Origin: a virus
Taxonomy: Duplodnaviria; Caudoviricetes
DNA length: 25,976 bases
Virus record (IMG/VR): IMGVR_UViG_3300025751_000123
Span: 1 to 25,976 of that record
Strand: one strand, 5' to 3'
Made by a program: the position numbers and the translations under genes. The notes beneath the pieces are model-generated. The model was not told where the DNA came from. It worked only from the letters and a program-made list of their open reading frames with translations, and searched no databases. How positions within the stretch are numbered: the stretch's first letter is position 1; each line of letters starts with the position of its first letter. Positions 8,024 to 16,931 of the stretch are shown one piece after another.

Positions 8024-8030
8024 GTGTAGT

Positions 8031-11000
8031 ATGCCAGTTCAAGTCAATGTAGCAGCCGATCAACAGAATTTAATTAATTCTATTGAGAGAGGGGTACGAG
8101 CTTATAATCAAAGATTTTCGAAGAGTAATACGATTAATCTTAATATTAATGAGCGAGGTTTTACTCAGCCATTGGGTCGAATTACTGGTGCCGTTAATGA
8201 TTTCGAATCAGCGATGGCAGCTTCTAATGCGCGTGTTATTGCTTTCGGTGCGTCTACTGCTGTGCTGGGTACTGCTATTGCTGGTTTTAGATCTTTAGCT
8301 AAAGCTAGTATTGAAGTTGAAAAGAATTTGGCAGATGTTAATCGTATTTTACAATTAAGCACTAGTGACCTTCAGACTTTCGGAAAAGAACTATTTAATA
8401 TTAGTAAAAGAACTGCTACTTCTTTTAATGATGCTTCTAAGGCTTTGCTTGAATTCTCTCGTCAAGGTTTGAGCGCAGAAGAAACTCTAAGAAGAACTAA
8501 TGATGCTTTGACGTTAACTCGTCTAGCTGGTTTGGGGGCTGAAGCATCTGTTGCTGCTTTAACTGCTACAGTTAACGGTTTCGCTAAAAGTGGTATTACG
8601 ACAACTCAAGTTTTAAATAAATTAGTTGCAGTTGAACAGGCTTTTGCTGTTAGTGCGAGGGACTTATCTGAAGGTCTATCCCGTACTGGTCAAGCCGCTC
8701 AAGAAGCAGGAGTTAATATAGATCAATTAAATGCTTTAATTTCTGCAGCCCAACAGAGAACTGCTAGAGGTGGTGCTGTTATCGGTAACGCATTGAAAAC
8801 AATTTTCACTCGTTTACAGCGTAGTGATACTCTCGATAGATTAGAAGAATTTAATATTGCTGTTAGAGATGTTCAAGGTAATACTTTGCCAGCTACAACA
8901 GTTCTACAAAATTTCGCTGCAGCTTATAATAGATTAGCTGATGCTCAAAGAGCTCAATTATCAGAACAAGTCGCTGGTGTTTATCAAGTCAATATTTTAA
9001 AAGCTATTGTAAGCGATTTAAATTCAGAGCAAAGTATTTATAACGCAGCTTTGATAAAAGGGGCCAGCGCAACAAATGAAGCTTCAAGAGCTAACGCTCA
9101 ATTAAATCAAACTTTGTCTGCATTACTTGTTCAGGTCGGAAATAATACTCAGCAACTAGCTTCAACAATTGGTAGTGTTACATTTGAACCTTTAGCTAAA
9201 AGCGCGGCCAAAGCAGCTAATTCTATAGTTGAAGCTATTACAGATGTAATTACCGGAGAAGGACTAGGGAGTGATTTGGCTAATGGTTTATTGAAAGGTA
9301 TCAGAAATGTTTTAGCTGGTCCCGGCGCTATCGCTGCTTTTTATACTCTATTTAAATTAGTTCAAAGTTCTTTCACTTATGTAGCTCAAGCATTACCTCA
9401 GATAGCTGGCATAACAACCGAAACACAAAAAAGACAAAATTTAGAACAAGCCATTCTTGGCATATTGCAATCAGAAAATAATATATCTAAATCTATTTTA
9501 GGTAATACTGGAAATCAAAAAAGACAAGCAGAGATATTATTAGGTGTAGCGAGACAGCAGACAGCTCAGTATAGAGAACAGTTAGCTTTAGCAAATAGCT
9601 TGGCTGGAACTTTAAGAAATCAAGGAGTTTCTGTCGGAGCGAGAGGCTTACAAGCTGGAAGAACAAGAAGTGGGGGTTATATTCCTGCTTCAACAAGAAT
9701 GGCTGAAAGAGCTGGCGCTTTTGCTGGTGGATATGCTCCGGGTAAAGTTGTTAATTCTCCTGTCGGGGGAGTGATGAATACTGCTGAAGATATTAAGTAT
9801 ATGCCCGGATTTGCTCAGCCATTTATTAATCCTCCTAAAAATTCTAGAGCAGGAAGATTGCATAGAGCAAATGCGGTGAGGCAAGTCGGTGTAGATCCTT
9901 ATCAATATCGAGGGTTTGTTCCTAATTTTAGCTCTTTATCTTTAGGTAGCTTATCAAAATACAAAAGATCAAAAACAGAAATAGAACAATACGCTGATGT
10001 AGAAGGATCTAATATTAATACTAGAGATACTTTAGATTCTGGTTATGACAAAATTATTAATTTTGATGCGACAAAAGTAAAAGGTTATGGAAAATTATTA
10101 ACATCATCCGCGACTGGAAAAGCAAGTAAATCTTTTGGAGATAAATTTGAAAAAGCTATTTTAAAAGCTATAAAAACTAATAACGCAGCAGCTTTTGAAG
10201 GTGGGATTAGTCAGAGTTTAAGAAAACTTCAAGCCGCTCATAATTTAAAAGGAGGGTTTAGTTCTGCTATTGATTTTATGAGTGCAGACGCTTCTATTTT
10301 AGCAGAAGCAAAAGGAGGTTTTTATGATGATGCAGCTGGAGATAAGCCCCCTAGGGCTATAGCGGAGAATTTGAGAAGAGCTGAATTCGCTAGATTGTTT
10401 ACGAGTCAAGGCCCAGAATACATAGATACAGAAAATATTTTAATACAAAATAAAAATTTTGGTTACGGTAAAAAGCAACAAGCTCGCTTAGAAAAAAATT
10501 ATGGAAATATTAACGTAGATAAGACTTATCTTGTTAAAAGAAACAAAAATTCTGGACATATTCCTAATTTTGCAGCTGGCTATAGAAATCCATTTACTGG
10601 CGCATTAAATAATGCTGCTATAGCAAGAGGTATTAGAACTGGAGCTTTAACTGAAAAACAAGCTCAAGAAATGGGATATGCTACTTCAAGCTCGAAGATA
10701 GGAGCAAGAAAAGCTAAAAGAGCTGCTGCTGTTGGAGCGTTAAATTATCAAATGGTATATGTTCCTTGGGATATCGAAGGTTTTAGAGGAGGAAGAAGTG
10801 GGGGTAGGTTAAATATCGCTCAAGGAACAGCTTATGAAAGTTTTATTTTAAATTTACTCAGAAGTGGTCAATTAAAAGGAACCACTTCATTAGGTCAATC
10901 TTTTTCTCTTCCGGCTAGGCCAGATGTTGTTTCGTCTGCAGCTTTAAAAGGGGGGTCAAATGCTCGTATAGATGGTTATTCTTTATCTGCTGGTGAAATG

Positions 11001-14000
11001 TATGAAATGAAAGCTGGCGGCACTGGTAATACTGCTTCCGGTCTTCAGGATAAATTTATCAAAGCTATAGAAAATAATCCTGAAATTCTTAATCCAAAAA
11101 GAAAATGGAAAAACTATATTTTTAGGACCACCGCTGCTAAAGGAAGAGGCGCTAGTGGTGGATTCATTCCTAATCTTGCTTATAAAGGTGAAGTCATGGA
11201 TCTCGAAGAATTTATTAGCGGTCAAAAAGCTATTTATTCTGAAACTCCATTTCCTCATGTTAGAAATGCGAGCCAACCAACATTCGCATCTGCTATCGCA
11301 GATCATGGTGGTTTAGGTAATGCTTTAAAAGATTCTTATAGAAATCAAAGTGCTGCTGGAATGGTTTATGGAGGCTACGTTCCTAATTTCGCTCCTAAGG
11401 GTACTATAACAGCTAAAGCGGCAGGTATAGACAATTTATCGGCAGCTGGAAGTGAATTGCAAAAAACTTTTTATAAATTGCAAGGAGCAATGAGGAAATT
11501 AACACAAAGCACAGATTTAAGTACTAAACAGCGAGATATTTTGCGTCAAGACTTGAGGACTTATGCTAGAACTATTGACTCTGCAACAGGATCTACTAAA
11601 GCTTTAGATTCAGTTAATAAAGCTTTAGCGAATTCTAAAAAGAAAAATAAAGCTGCAGTAGATACAAATACATCTGCGACAAAGAAAAATACAAGTAGTG
11701 GTAGAGGTGGAGGAGGAGGTTTATTGGGATCAGGAGGAAGAACGGCTTTAGCGTTTGGTGGACCTATGATTGCTGGTTTAATAGAACAAGCAGCTTTTGG
11801 GAATAGGCAAAGAATTGATTTATCAGAAAATGAAAGAGCTGTTCAAAGTACATTGAGTACAGGTTTAACTTCTATATCAACGGGTTTTGCGATAGCGGGA
11901 CCAATAGGGGCTTTAGCTGGGGCTGCTGTTGGAGCAGCTTCTGCTATAAATGCAATGTCATTAACAGCAGAAGAGTATACTCAGCTTGCTGATAAATTTA
12001 ATTCTACTACACAAGAAAACGCCGCAGCAGCTAAACAGTACATCGAGGCTCAAAAATCAATGGCATCTTCTTTGTCTGGAGAAGATTTTCAGTTAGCTTC
12101 TGATTCAGCCGCACAAGCTTTAAAAAAGATAAAAGATGTGAATTTGCAAAAATCTTTTGAAGCCGCTGGAAATGATGTTAAAAAATTAACAGAATCTTTA
12201 AAAACTTACGAACAAACTAGACTTTCAGGCTTAAATAGAGCTAATCAATTAGCTTTATCAAAACAAACTGGAGAAGCCAATGAGACAGGTTTTATAGCGT
12301 CTATTCTTCAGTTAGAAGAATTTTTTCCTACAACTAAAAGAAGATCTGGGGCTTTGCAAAATTTAGGTTATAGGACTGACGTTTCTGAAACAGGATCGAT
12401 AACTTTAAATGAGGGTTCTAGGTCTAAGGTTTTAAGGGATTACTTTCAGCTTTTTGATGATTTAAGTGAAGTAACAGAAGGAGAATTAGATGATTTTGTT
12501 AAATTAATTGAAGAGCAGAAATCTAATAAATTTTTTGACACAGATGCTGTTGCTAGATTTTTTCAAGATGTGGCTGGTTTAGATTTTGTAGACGCTCAAT
12601 CTAATGCAGATTTACTTGATATTTTAGAGGACGGAAGCAATGTTGTTGGGCAATTTATTTTTAAAAATTTTAAAAGTTTAGTTGATGATATTAAAGCCAA
12701 AGATTTTGAAGTCAATTTAGGAAAAATTCTCTCTGAAAGCAGGGGTGCTGCGGCTGACAATTTTAATAATATATTTAGGTCTATAAATGATTCATTTGAC
12801 AGGATATCAAACGAAACATTAAACGTTTTAGAGCAAGCTAGATCTGATCAACAAATAAATAAAACTATACTAGATTTTACTACTTCTTTTACTGATAGTA
12901 TTTCTTCTTTTGTTTCTAGCAATTTGCCAGATTTAGAAAGATATCAATTCGCTCAGTCTGCAGCTAGGCAAAAAGCAAATAATCAGTTAGCTCAATTAGC
13001 ACAAGATTCAGATAATTTTGAGCAAAATCAAATAAATCAAAGAAGGCAAGCGCTAGAAAAGAATGCAGACGAGATATCCGCTTCTTTTGAAAAGAATTTA
13101 TTTCAATCTCAAGCTGTTGGTGAGATTTTTAGAGATAGAATATTGCCGCAGTTAAAACAAGGCAATTATAATATAAATATAGATGAAATACAAAAACAGT
13201 CTCAAAAAGATGCTGTATTGGAATTTAATAAGAAATATTTTTCAGAATATCCTCAAGTTGGGATTTTTGGGGAAGTTAATGATGTCGGTCAATTAACGGA
13301 TAATGCTTATGGTAATTTATCACAAGAAGAAGCATCGAAGAGAATCAAGAAAGAAACAGCTAGAATAGAAAAACAGTTAGAGTATTTGAATAGGGTTAAA
13401 GGTGGTGCTGAACCTTCTTATGAAGGTTCAGTTGAGACCGCTCAAAAGCAATATGATAAATTAATTCAAAAAGCTAAAGATTTACAGGAACTTGAGAAAG
13501 CTGTAGGCTTAACACAAGAAGAAAAGTCTAAAGCTGAATTAGAATCTTTATTAAAAAGAAAACAAGACGAGCAAAAATTATTTGAAGCGTCAGCAGCGAA
13601 TGCTAAAAAAGAATTTGAACTTAATAAAGCTTTATCTGAGCAAAGGATAAAAGCCGAAGAAACTTTAGCTGTTCAGAAAGCAAGAATAGATGAGAAAAAT
13701 TTAGCTAGAACCAGAGCCGCCGAAATAACTTCTTCGAGATTAGGATTTGCTTCAAACATAGATCAAGCGAGAAGGAGAGAGCAAATAGCTCTTTCAGAAG
13801 ATGCTATGAATGATCCGAGGGCTAATTATGGTTTAGGATTGAAAGAAATTACAGAAAGAAGAATTAAGGCTGAAGAAGATATAATTCAACAGAGAAGGGC
13901 AGCAGAAGATGCTCAATTAGATATTGAAATGAAGCAATCTTATTTGAGATTAAATGCTGAAATTCAAAATACAAATGCTTTAAACGATTTAAATCAAACT

Positions 14001-16031
14001 GTTCTTCGGTTAATTGGAGTTCAGCTTAGTGGGGATGCAGAAGTTAAACAAATTAAAGATTTTGTTAGCTTGCCAAATAATGTTAATGTTGATGACGAAA
14101 CAATAAAAAGAACATTTGGTGATCAAGCTGCTAATAAATTCTTTGCGTTCCGTGAGGTAGAAAGTTCTCTTTCTCTTCAAACTGGTACACGTTCTTCAGC
14201 TTTAGAGGAGGCTTTGGAGAAACAAAAAGAATCCGGGGAAATAGATAAAGAAGCTTTAAGGATAGCTGCGGAAAAAGATGGTTGGAGTAAAATGGAGTTA
14301 AAAATGCTAGAAGAAGAATTGGAGAATAGAAAAGATGTCTTAGAAATAGAAAGAAGAATTGATGATACAATAAGAGGAAGAGCTAATGCTAGAGCTAGAG
14401 AGGGAGTAGATTTAGGGGGTAATTTTAGAGCTGGTATCGGGGCTATGAAATCAGAATCTGATGCTATATTAAATAATTTAGCTAGAGAAGCTCCTTCTAG
14501 ATTTGCAGATGGAATGGCTAACGCTTTAAGTGAGGTCGCTCAAGGAACTAAAAGTTTAGGTGACGCTTTCACTGACATGGCGATTGATTTTGGTAGAATG
14601 TTGCAGCAGGAAGTTTTCAGGGCTTTAGCTCAAAGAGCTGTTGGTAGCGCACTGACGGGTTTATTTGGTACGGCAGGTAGTGCTGCTGCGGCTGCAGCCG
14701 GTAATATGCGCGGAGGCATCATTAAGGCTCAAAATGGAATGTATATTTCTGGAGGAAGAACCGGAGATAGAAATTTAGCATTATTGGAAGATGGGGAATA
14801 TGTCTTAAATAGAAATGCTGTTAGAATGATGGGGGGTCCGAAAGGTTTAGATAATTTAAACTTTAACATGGCTCCTAGATTTGCTTCTGGAGGAGCATAT
14901 TCACTTAGACCTGAACAGCAAAGATTAAAATCTGGAGAATTAGATTTCACTGGAAATTATATATCTAGTAATTCTGCTGGACGTATCAATGATGATATGT
15001 TCACTTCTTATGCTTTAGCTGAAGACAAATATTTTCAAGATAAGAAGCAAAAAGCAAGAGAAGCTTTAGAGAGAAGAATCCAAAAAAATTATGAGCGAAA
15101 AATGAAAAGAGCTCAATTAATTAGTTCTATTGTGGCTGCGGCTGGCAGTATAATGATGGCGTATGGAGCGTCTGGTATGGCAGCTAGTAGTGCAGCTGGG
15201 GCGCAAGGTAAAGCGGCTTTACAGGCTGGACAGATGACTGGGGCGGATGCAGCAACACAGGCAGGTTTACAACAGGCTGCTTCAAAAAGTAATTATGCTT
15301 TTGGGCAATTTATGCAGAAAAACGCAAATAATATATTGGTAAATAATATACCATTAAATACATTAGCTTCCAGCGTAAGTGGAACATTGTCAGAAACTGT
15401 ATCAGGTTTAAGAAAAATAGGAGCTAATGATGCTTATATAAATAATTTCTTGTCTCAAGCTTCAGCGGGTCCTGTTGGAAAAGGAGTTAGCGGCATGACT
15501 TCAATATCATCTGGTTTATCAAGTCAAGGAATTGTGGCGGCGCAAAAAGCTTCTAAAGCGGGTTTATTTTCAAGGCTATTTTCTAGTGGAGCTGGTATAG
15601 CTTCTGGAATAGGTAAAAGGCAAGTGGGTGGTATAATAGGTTATAATTCAGGTGGATTTGTTCCTCATGGTTCTAGGTTAAGTGATACAATTCCTGCAAT
15701 GCTTACTGGTGGTGAATATATCATGAATAATAAAGCTGTTAAGAAGTACGGACTGGGAACAATGAACGCTATGAATTCGGGGGCCTACCAGTCTGGGGGT
15801 ATGGCTAGCAGCACAACTAATAATAATAGTACTAGCAATAATAATACTAATATATCTGTAAAAATAGATAGGGCTGGCAATTCTGTGTTTGGCGCAGATT
15901 CTAATAGCTATGAGCAAAATGATGTTATTATGTCTAAGAAGATGGCTAAGCAGATTAATTCTATTGTTTTAAGAACTATCAGTAATGAAAAAAGATACGG
16001 CGGCGAACTTTCTAAGAATGATCTAGGATGA
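8031..16031 (+). CDS. Tail tape measure protein (TP901-family core) with inserted nuclease-like modules
   Basis: 2666 aa. N-terminal TP901-type core (EKNLADVNRIL...LEFSRQG...ALTATVNGF...IGNALKTIFTRL), long A/E/Q/K-rich helical stretches, hydrophobic G/A segments, and C-terminal DTIPAMLTGGEYIMN motif. Lies between chaperones and tail-tip genes. Confidence 0.93.
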   Translation: MPVQVNVAADQQNLINSIERGVRAYNQRFSKSNTINLNINERGFTQPLGRITGAVNDFESAMAASNARVIAFGASTAVLGTAIAGFRSLAKASIEVEKNLADVNRILQLSTSDLQTFGKELFNISKRTATSFNDASKALLEFSRQGLSAEETLRRTNDALTLTRLAGLGAEASVAALTATVNGFAKSGITTTQVLNKLVAVEQAFAVSARDLSEGLSRTGQAAQEAGVNIDQLNALISAAQQRTARGGAVIGNALKTIFTRLQRSDTLDRLEEFNIAVRDVQGNTLPATTVLQNFAAAYNRLADAQRAQLSEQVAGVYQVNILKAIVSDLNSEQSIYNAALIKGASATNEASRANAQLNQTLSALLVQVGNNTQQLASTIGSVTFEPLAKSAAKAANSIVEAITDVITGEGLGSDLANGLLKGIRNVLAGPGAIAAFYTLFKLVQSSFTYVAQALPQIAGITTETQKRQNLEQAILGILQSENNISKSILGNTGNQKRQAEILLGVARQQTAQYREQLALANSLAGTLRNQGVSVGARGLQAGRTRSGGYIPASTRMAERAGAFAGGYAPGKVVNSPVGGVMNTAEDIKYMPGFAQPFINPPKNSRAGRLHRANAVRQVGVDPYQYRGFVPNFSSLSLGSLSKYKRSKTEIEQYADVEGSNINTRDTLDSGYDKIINFDATKVKGYGKLLTSSATGKASKSFGDKFEKAILKAIKTNNAAAFEGGISQSLRKLQAAHNLKGGFSSAIDFMSADASILAEAKGGFYDDAAGDKPPRAIAENLRRAEFARLFTSQGPEYIDTENILIQNKNFGYGKKQQARLEKNYGNINVDKTYLVKRNKNSGHIPNFAAGYRNPFTGALNNAAIARGIRTGALTEKQAQEMGYATSSSKIGARKAKRAAAVGALNYQMVYVPWDIEGFRGGRSGGRLNIAQGTAYESFILNLLRSGQLKGTTSLGQSFSLPARPDVVSSAALKGGSNARIDGYSLSAGEMYEMKAGGTGNTASGLQDKFIKAIENNPEILNPKRKWKNYIFRTTAAKGRGASGGFIPNLAYKGEVMDLEEFISGQKAIYSETPFPHVRNASQPTFASAIADHGGLGNALKDSYRNQSAAGMVYGGYVPNFAPKGTITAKAAGIDNLSAAGSELQKTFYKLQGAMRKLTQSTDLSTKQRDILRQDLRTYARTIDSATGSTKALDSVNKALANSKKKNKAAVDTNTSATKKNTSSGRGGGGGLLGSGGRTALAFGGPMIAGLIEQAAFGNRQRIDLSENERAVQSTLSTGLTSISTGFAIAGPIGALAGAAVGAASAINAMSLTAEEYTQLADKFNSTTQENAAAAKQYIEAQKSMASSLSGEDFQLASDSAAQALKKIKDVNLQKSFEAAGNDVKKLTESLKTYEQTRLSGLNRANQLALSKQTGEANETGFIASILQLEEFFPTTKRRSGALQNLGYRTDVSETGSITLNEGSRSKVLRDYFQLFDDLSEVTEGELDDFVKLIEEQKSNKFFDTDAVARFFQDVAGLDFVDAQSNADLLDILEDGSNVVGQFIFKNFKSLVDDIKAKDFEVNLGKILSESRGAAADNFNNIFRSINDSFDRISNETLNVLEQARSDQQINKTILDFTTSFTDSISSFVSSNLPDLERYQFAQSAARQKANNQLAQLAQDSDNFEQNQINQRRQALEKNADEISASFEKNLFQSQAVGEIFRDRILPQLKQGNYNINIDEIQKQSQKDAVLEFNKKYFSEYPQVGIFGEVNDVGQLTDNAYGNLSQEEASKRIKKETARIEKQLEYLNRVKGGAEPSYEGSVETAQKQYDKLIQKAKDLQELEKAVGLTQEEKSKAELESLLKRKQDEQKLFEASAANAKKEFELNKALSEQRIKAEETLAVQKARIDEKNLARTRAAEITSSRLGFASNIDQARRREQIALSEDAMNDPRANYGLGLKEITERRIKAEEDIIQQRRAAEDAQLDIEMKQSYLRLNAEIQNTNALNDLNQTVLRLIGVQLSGDAEVKQIKDFVSLPNNVNVDDETIKRTFGDQAANKFFAFREVESSLSLQTGTRSSALEEALEKQKESGEIDKEALRIAAEKDGWSKMELKMLEEELENRKDVLEIERRIDDTIRGRANARAREGVDLGGNFRAGIGAMKSESDAILNNLAREAPSRFADGMANALSEVAQGTKSLGDAFTDMAIDFGRMLQQEVFRALAQRAVGSALTGLFGTAGSAAAAAAGNMRGGIIKAQNGMYISGGRTGDRNLALLEDGEYVLNRNAVRMMGGPKGLDNLNFNMAPRFASGGAYSLRPEQQRLKSGELDFTGNYISSNSAGRINDDMFTSYALAEDKYFQDKKQKAREALERRIQKNYERKMKRAQLISSIVAAAGSIMMAYGASGMAASSAAGAQGKAALQAGQMTGADAATQAGLQQAASKSNYAFGQFMQKNANNILVNNIPLNTLASSVSGTLSETVSGLRKIGANDAYINNFLSQASAGPVGKGVSGMTSISSGLSSQGIVAAQKASKAGLFSRLFSSGAGIASGIGKRQVGGIIGYNSGGFVPHGSRLSDTIPAMLTGGEYIMNNKAVKKYGLGTMNAMNSGAYQSGGMASSTTNNNSTSNNNTNISVKIDRAGNSVFGADSNSYEQNDVIMSKKMAKQINSIVLRTISNEKRYGGELSKNDLG
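9669..11393 (+). repeat. Dispersed peptide repeat G-[FYH]-[IV]-P-(N-[FL]) in the TMP
   Basis: SGGYIP 9669-9686, RGFVPNF 9909-9929, SGHIPNFA 10551-10574, SGGFIPNLA 11154-11180, GGYVPNFA 11370-11393. Confidence 0.85.
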
Positions 16032-16930
16032 AAAACGCAAAAACAAATTACGAAAATATATTTTACTTTGACCAAAGGGCTTTATCTGGAGTTCTATCTG
16101 TAGATGGTTCTTATAATTTAGCTTATGAGCCAATAAATGTTGTTGGGAAAGGGTTTTTAAAACAAGTCATGGGTTCTGTGCCTACGGCGAGCATGTCAGT
16201 GAGTAGATATATGACTTATTCAGATCCTATATTAAATGCTACTGGCGAAAGATCAAGATTAGCTATTCCATTTAGCGCCGGTTTGTATTATAAAAATAAA
16301 TATTTTGCTTTTAATAATGGTTATTTAAATTCTTATGGTGTTAGTTGTTCTGTTGGTGAAGTTCCATCGATAGAATCTCAATTTGAAATATATGGTGATA
16401 TAGGGCCTAACTTTAATCCTTCTGGAAATAAAAATGTTGGATCAGTTTTCGTGCCTCAAGTAAAAAATATAATATTAACAACAAAGGGGTCAACAACAAA
16501 TAGAATAACTCAATTTAATATTGATTATAATATACCTAAAGTTCCTATATATGGTGTGTCAAGCGCTGATTCTCAATTTCCTATTGAGGTCCATAATATG
16601 TATCCAATAGAGGTTACATCTAGCTTTACGATAGAGATAGATGATTATGAAACAAAAAGTATTTTTGATGATTTGTCTTCTAGCGCATATTCTTCTTTTT
16701 CTATCGATGTGAAAGCATCTATATTAAATAATGTTGGATTATCTGACGCTGATGGCAATAATCTTATAGATGCTATTGATGAAGAAAATTTTAATTCTTT
16801 TGATAAAGGAGATGATCCATCTATATTCACTTTTAACGCTTCGGATGCAGTTATTGTTTCAGAACAAGTTAGTTCGTCATCAGACGATGTAATGAGTGTA
16901 AACTTATCATATAAAACATATTTAAATTAA
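16028..16930 (+). CDS. Tail-tip tube-fold protein (tube paralogue, T5 p140-like role)
   Basis: 300 aa directly after the TMP (ATGA overlap). NGYLNSYGVSCSVGEVPSI parallels NGFITDYSFEAAVGGLPTA, and DAVIVSEQVS parallels NAQLVSETYS, of the 461-aa tube protein. Confidence 0.65.
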   Translation: MKNAKTNYENIFYFDQRALSGVLSVDGSYNLAYEPINVVGKGFLKQVMGSVPTASMSVSRYMTYSDPILNATGERSRLAIPFSAGLYYKNKYFAFNNGYLNSYGVSCSVGEVPSIESQFEIYGDIGPNFNPSGNKNVGSVFVPQVKNIILTTKGSTTNRITQFNIDYNIPKVPIYGVSSADSQFPIEVHNMYPIEVTSSFTIEIDDYETKSIFDDLSSSAYSSFSIDVKASILNNVGLSDADGNNLIDAIDEENFNSFDKGDDPSIFTFNASDAVIVSEQVSSSSDDVMSVNLSYKTYLN

Positions 16931-16931
16931 A

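Noticed and set aside
9930-11153. TMP inserts as inteins or homing endonucleases
   Set aside because: There is no C/S-start Hint block, no HN-[CST] terminus and no LAGLIDADG, HNH or GIY-YIG motif. The boundaries are PNF repeats instead.
10983-11306. 107-aa antisense ORF over the second nuclease-like domain as a possible immunity gene
   Set aside because: It is entirely antisense to the TMP, has no promoter motif or plausible protein features, and its composition mirrors the sense codons.
2016-16830. Short ORFs of 61-107 aa from the track (2016, 3426, 4127, 7848, 8083, 8165, 9493, 9690, 10983, 14131, 14729, 15678, 16645)
   Set aside because: All lie antisense or out of frame within longer, well-supported genes and have no recognisable motifs. 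Treated as shadow ORFs.
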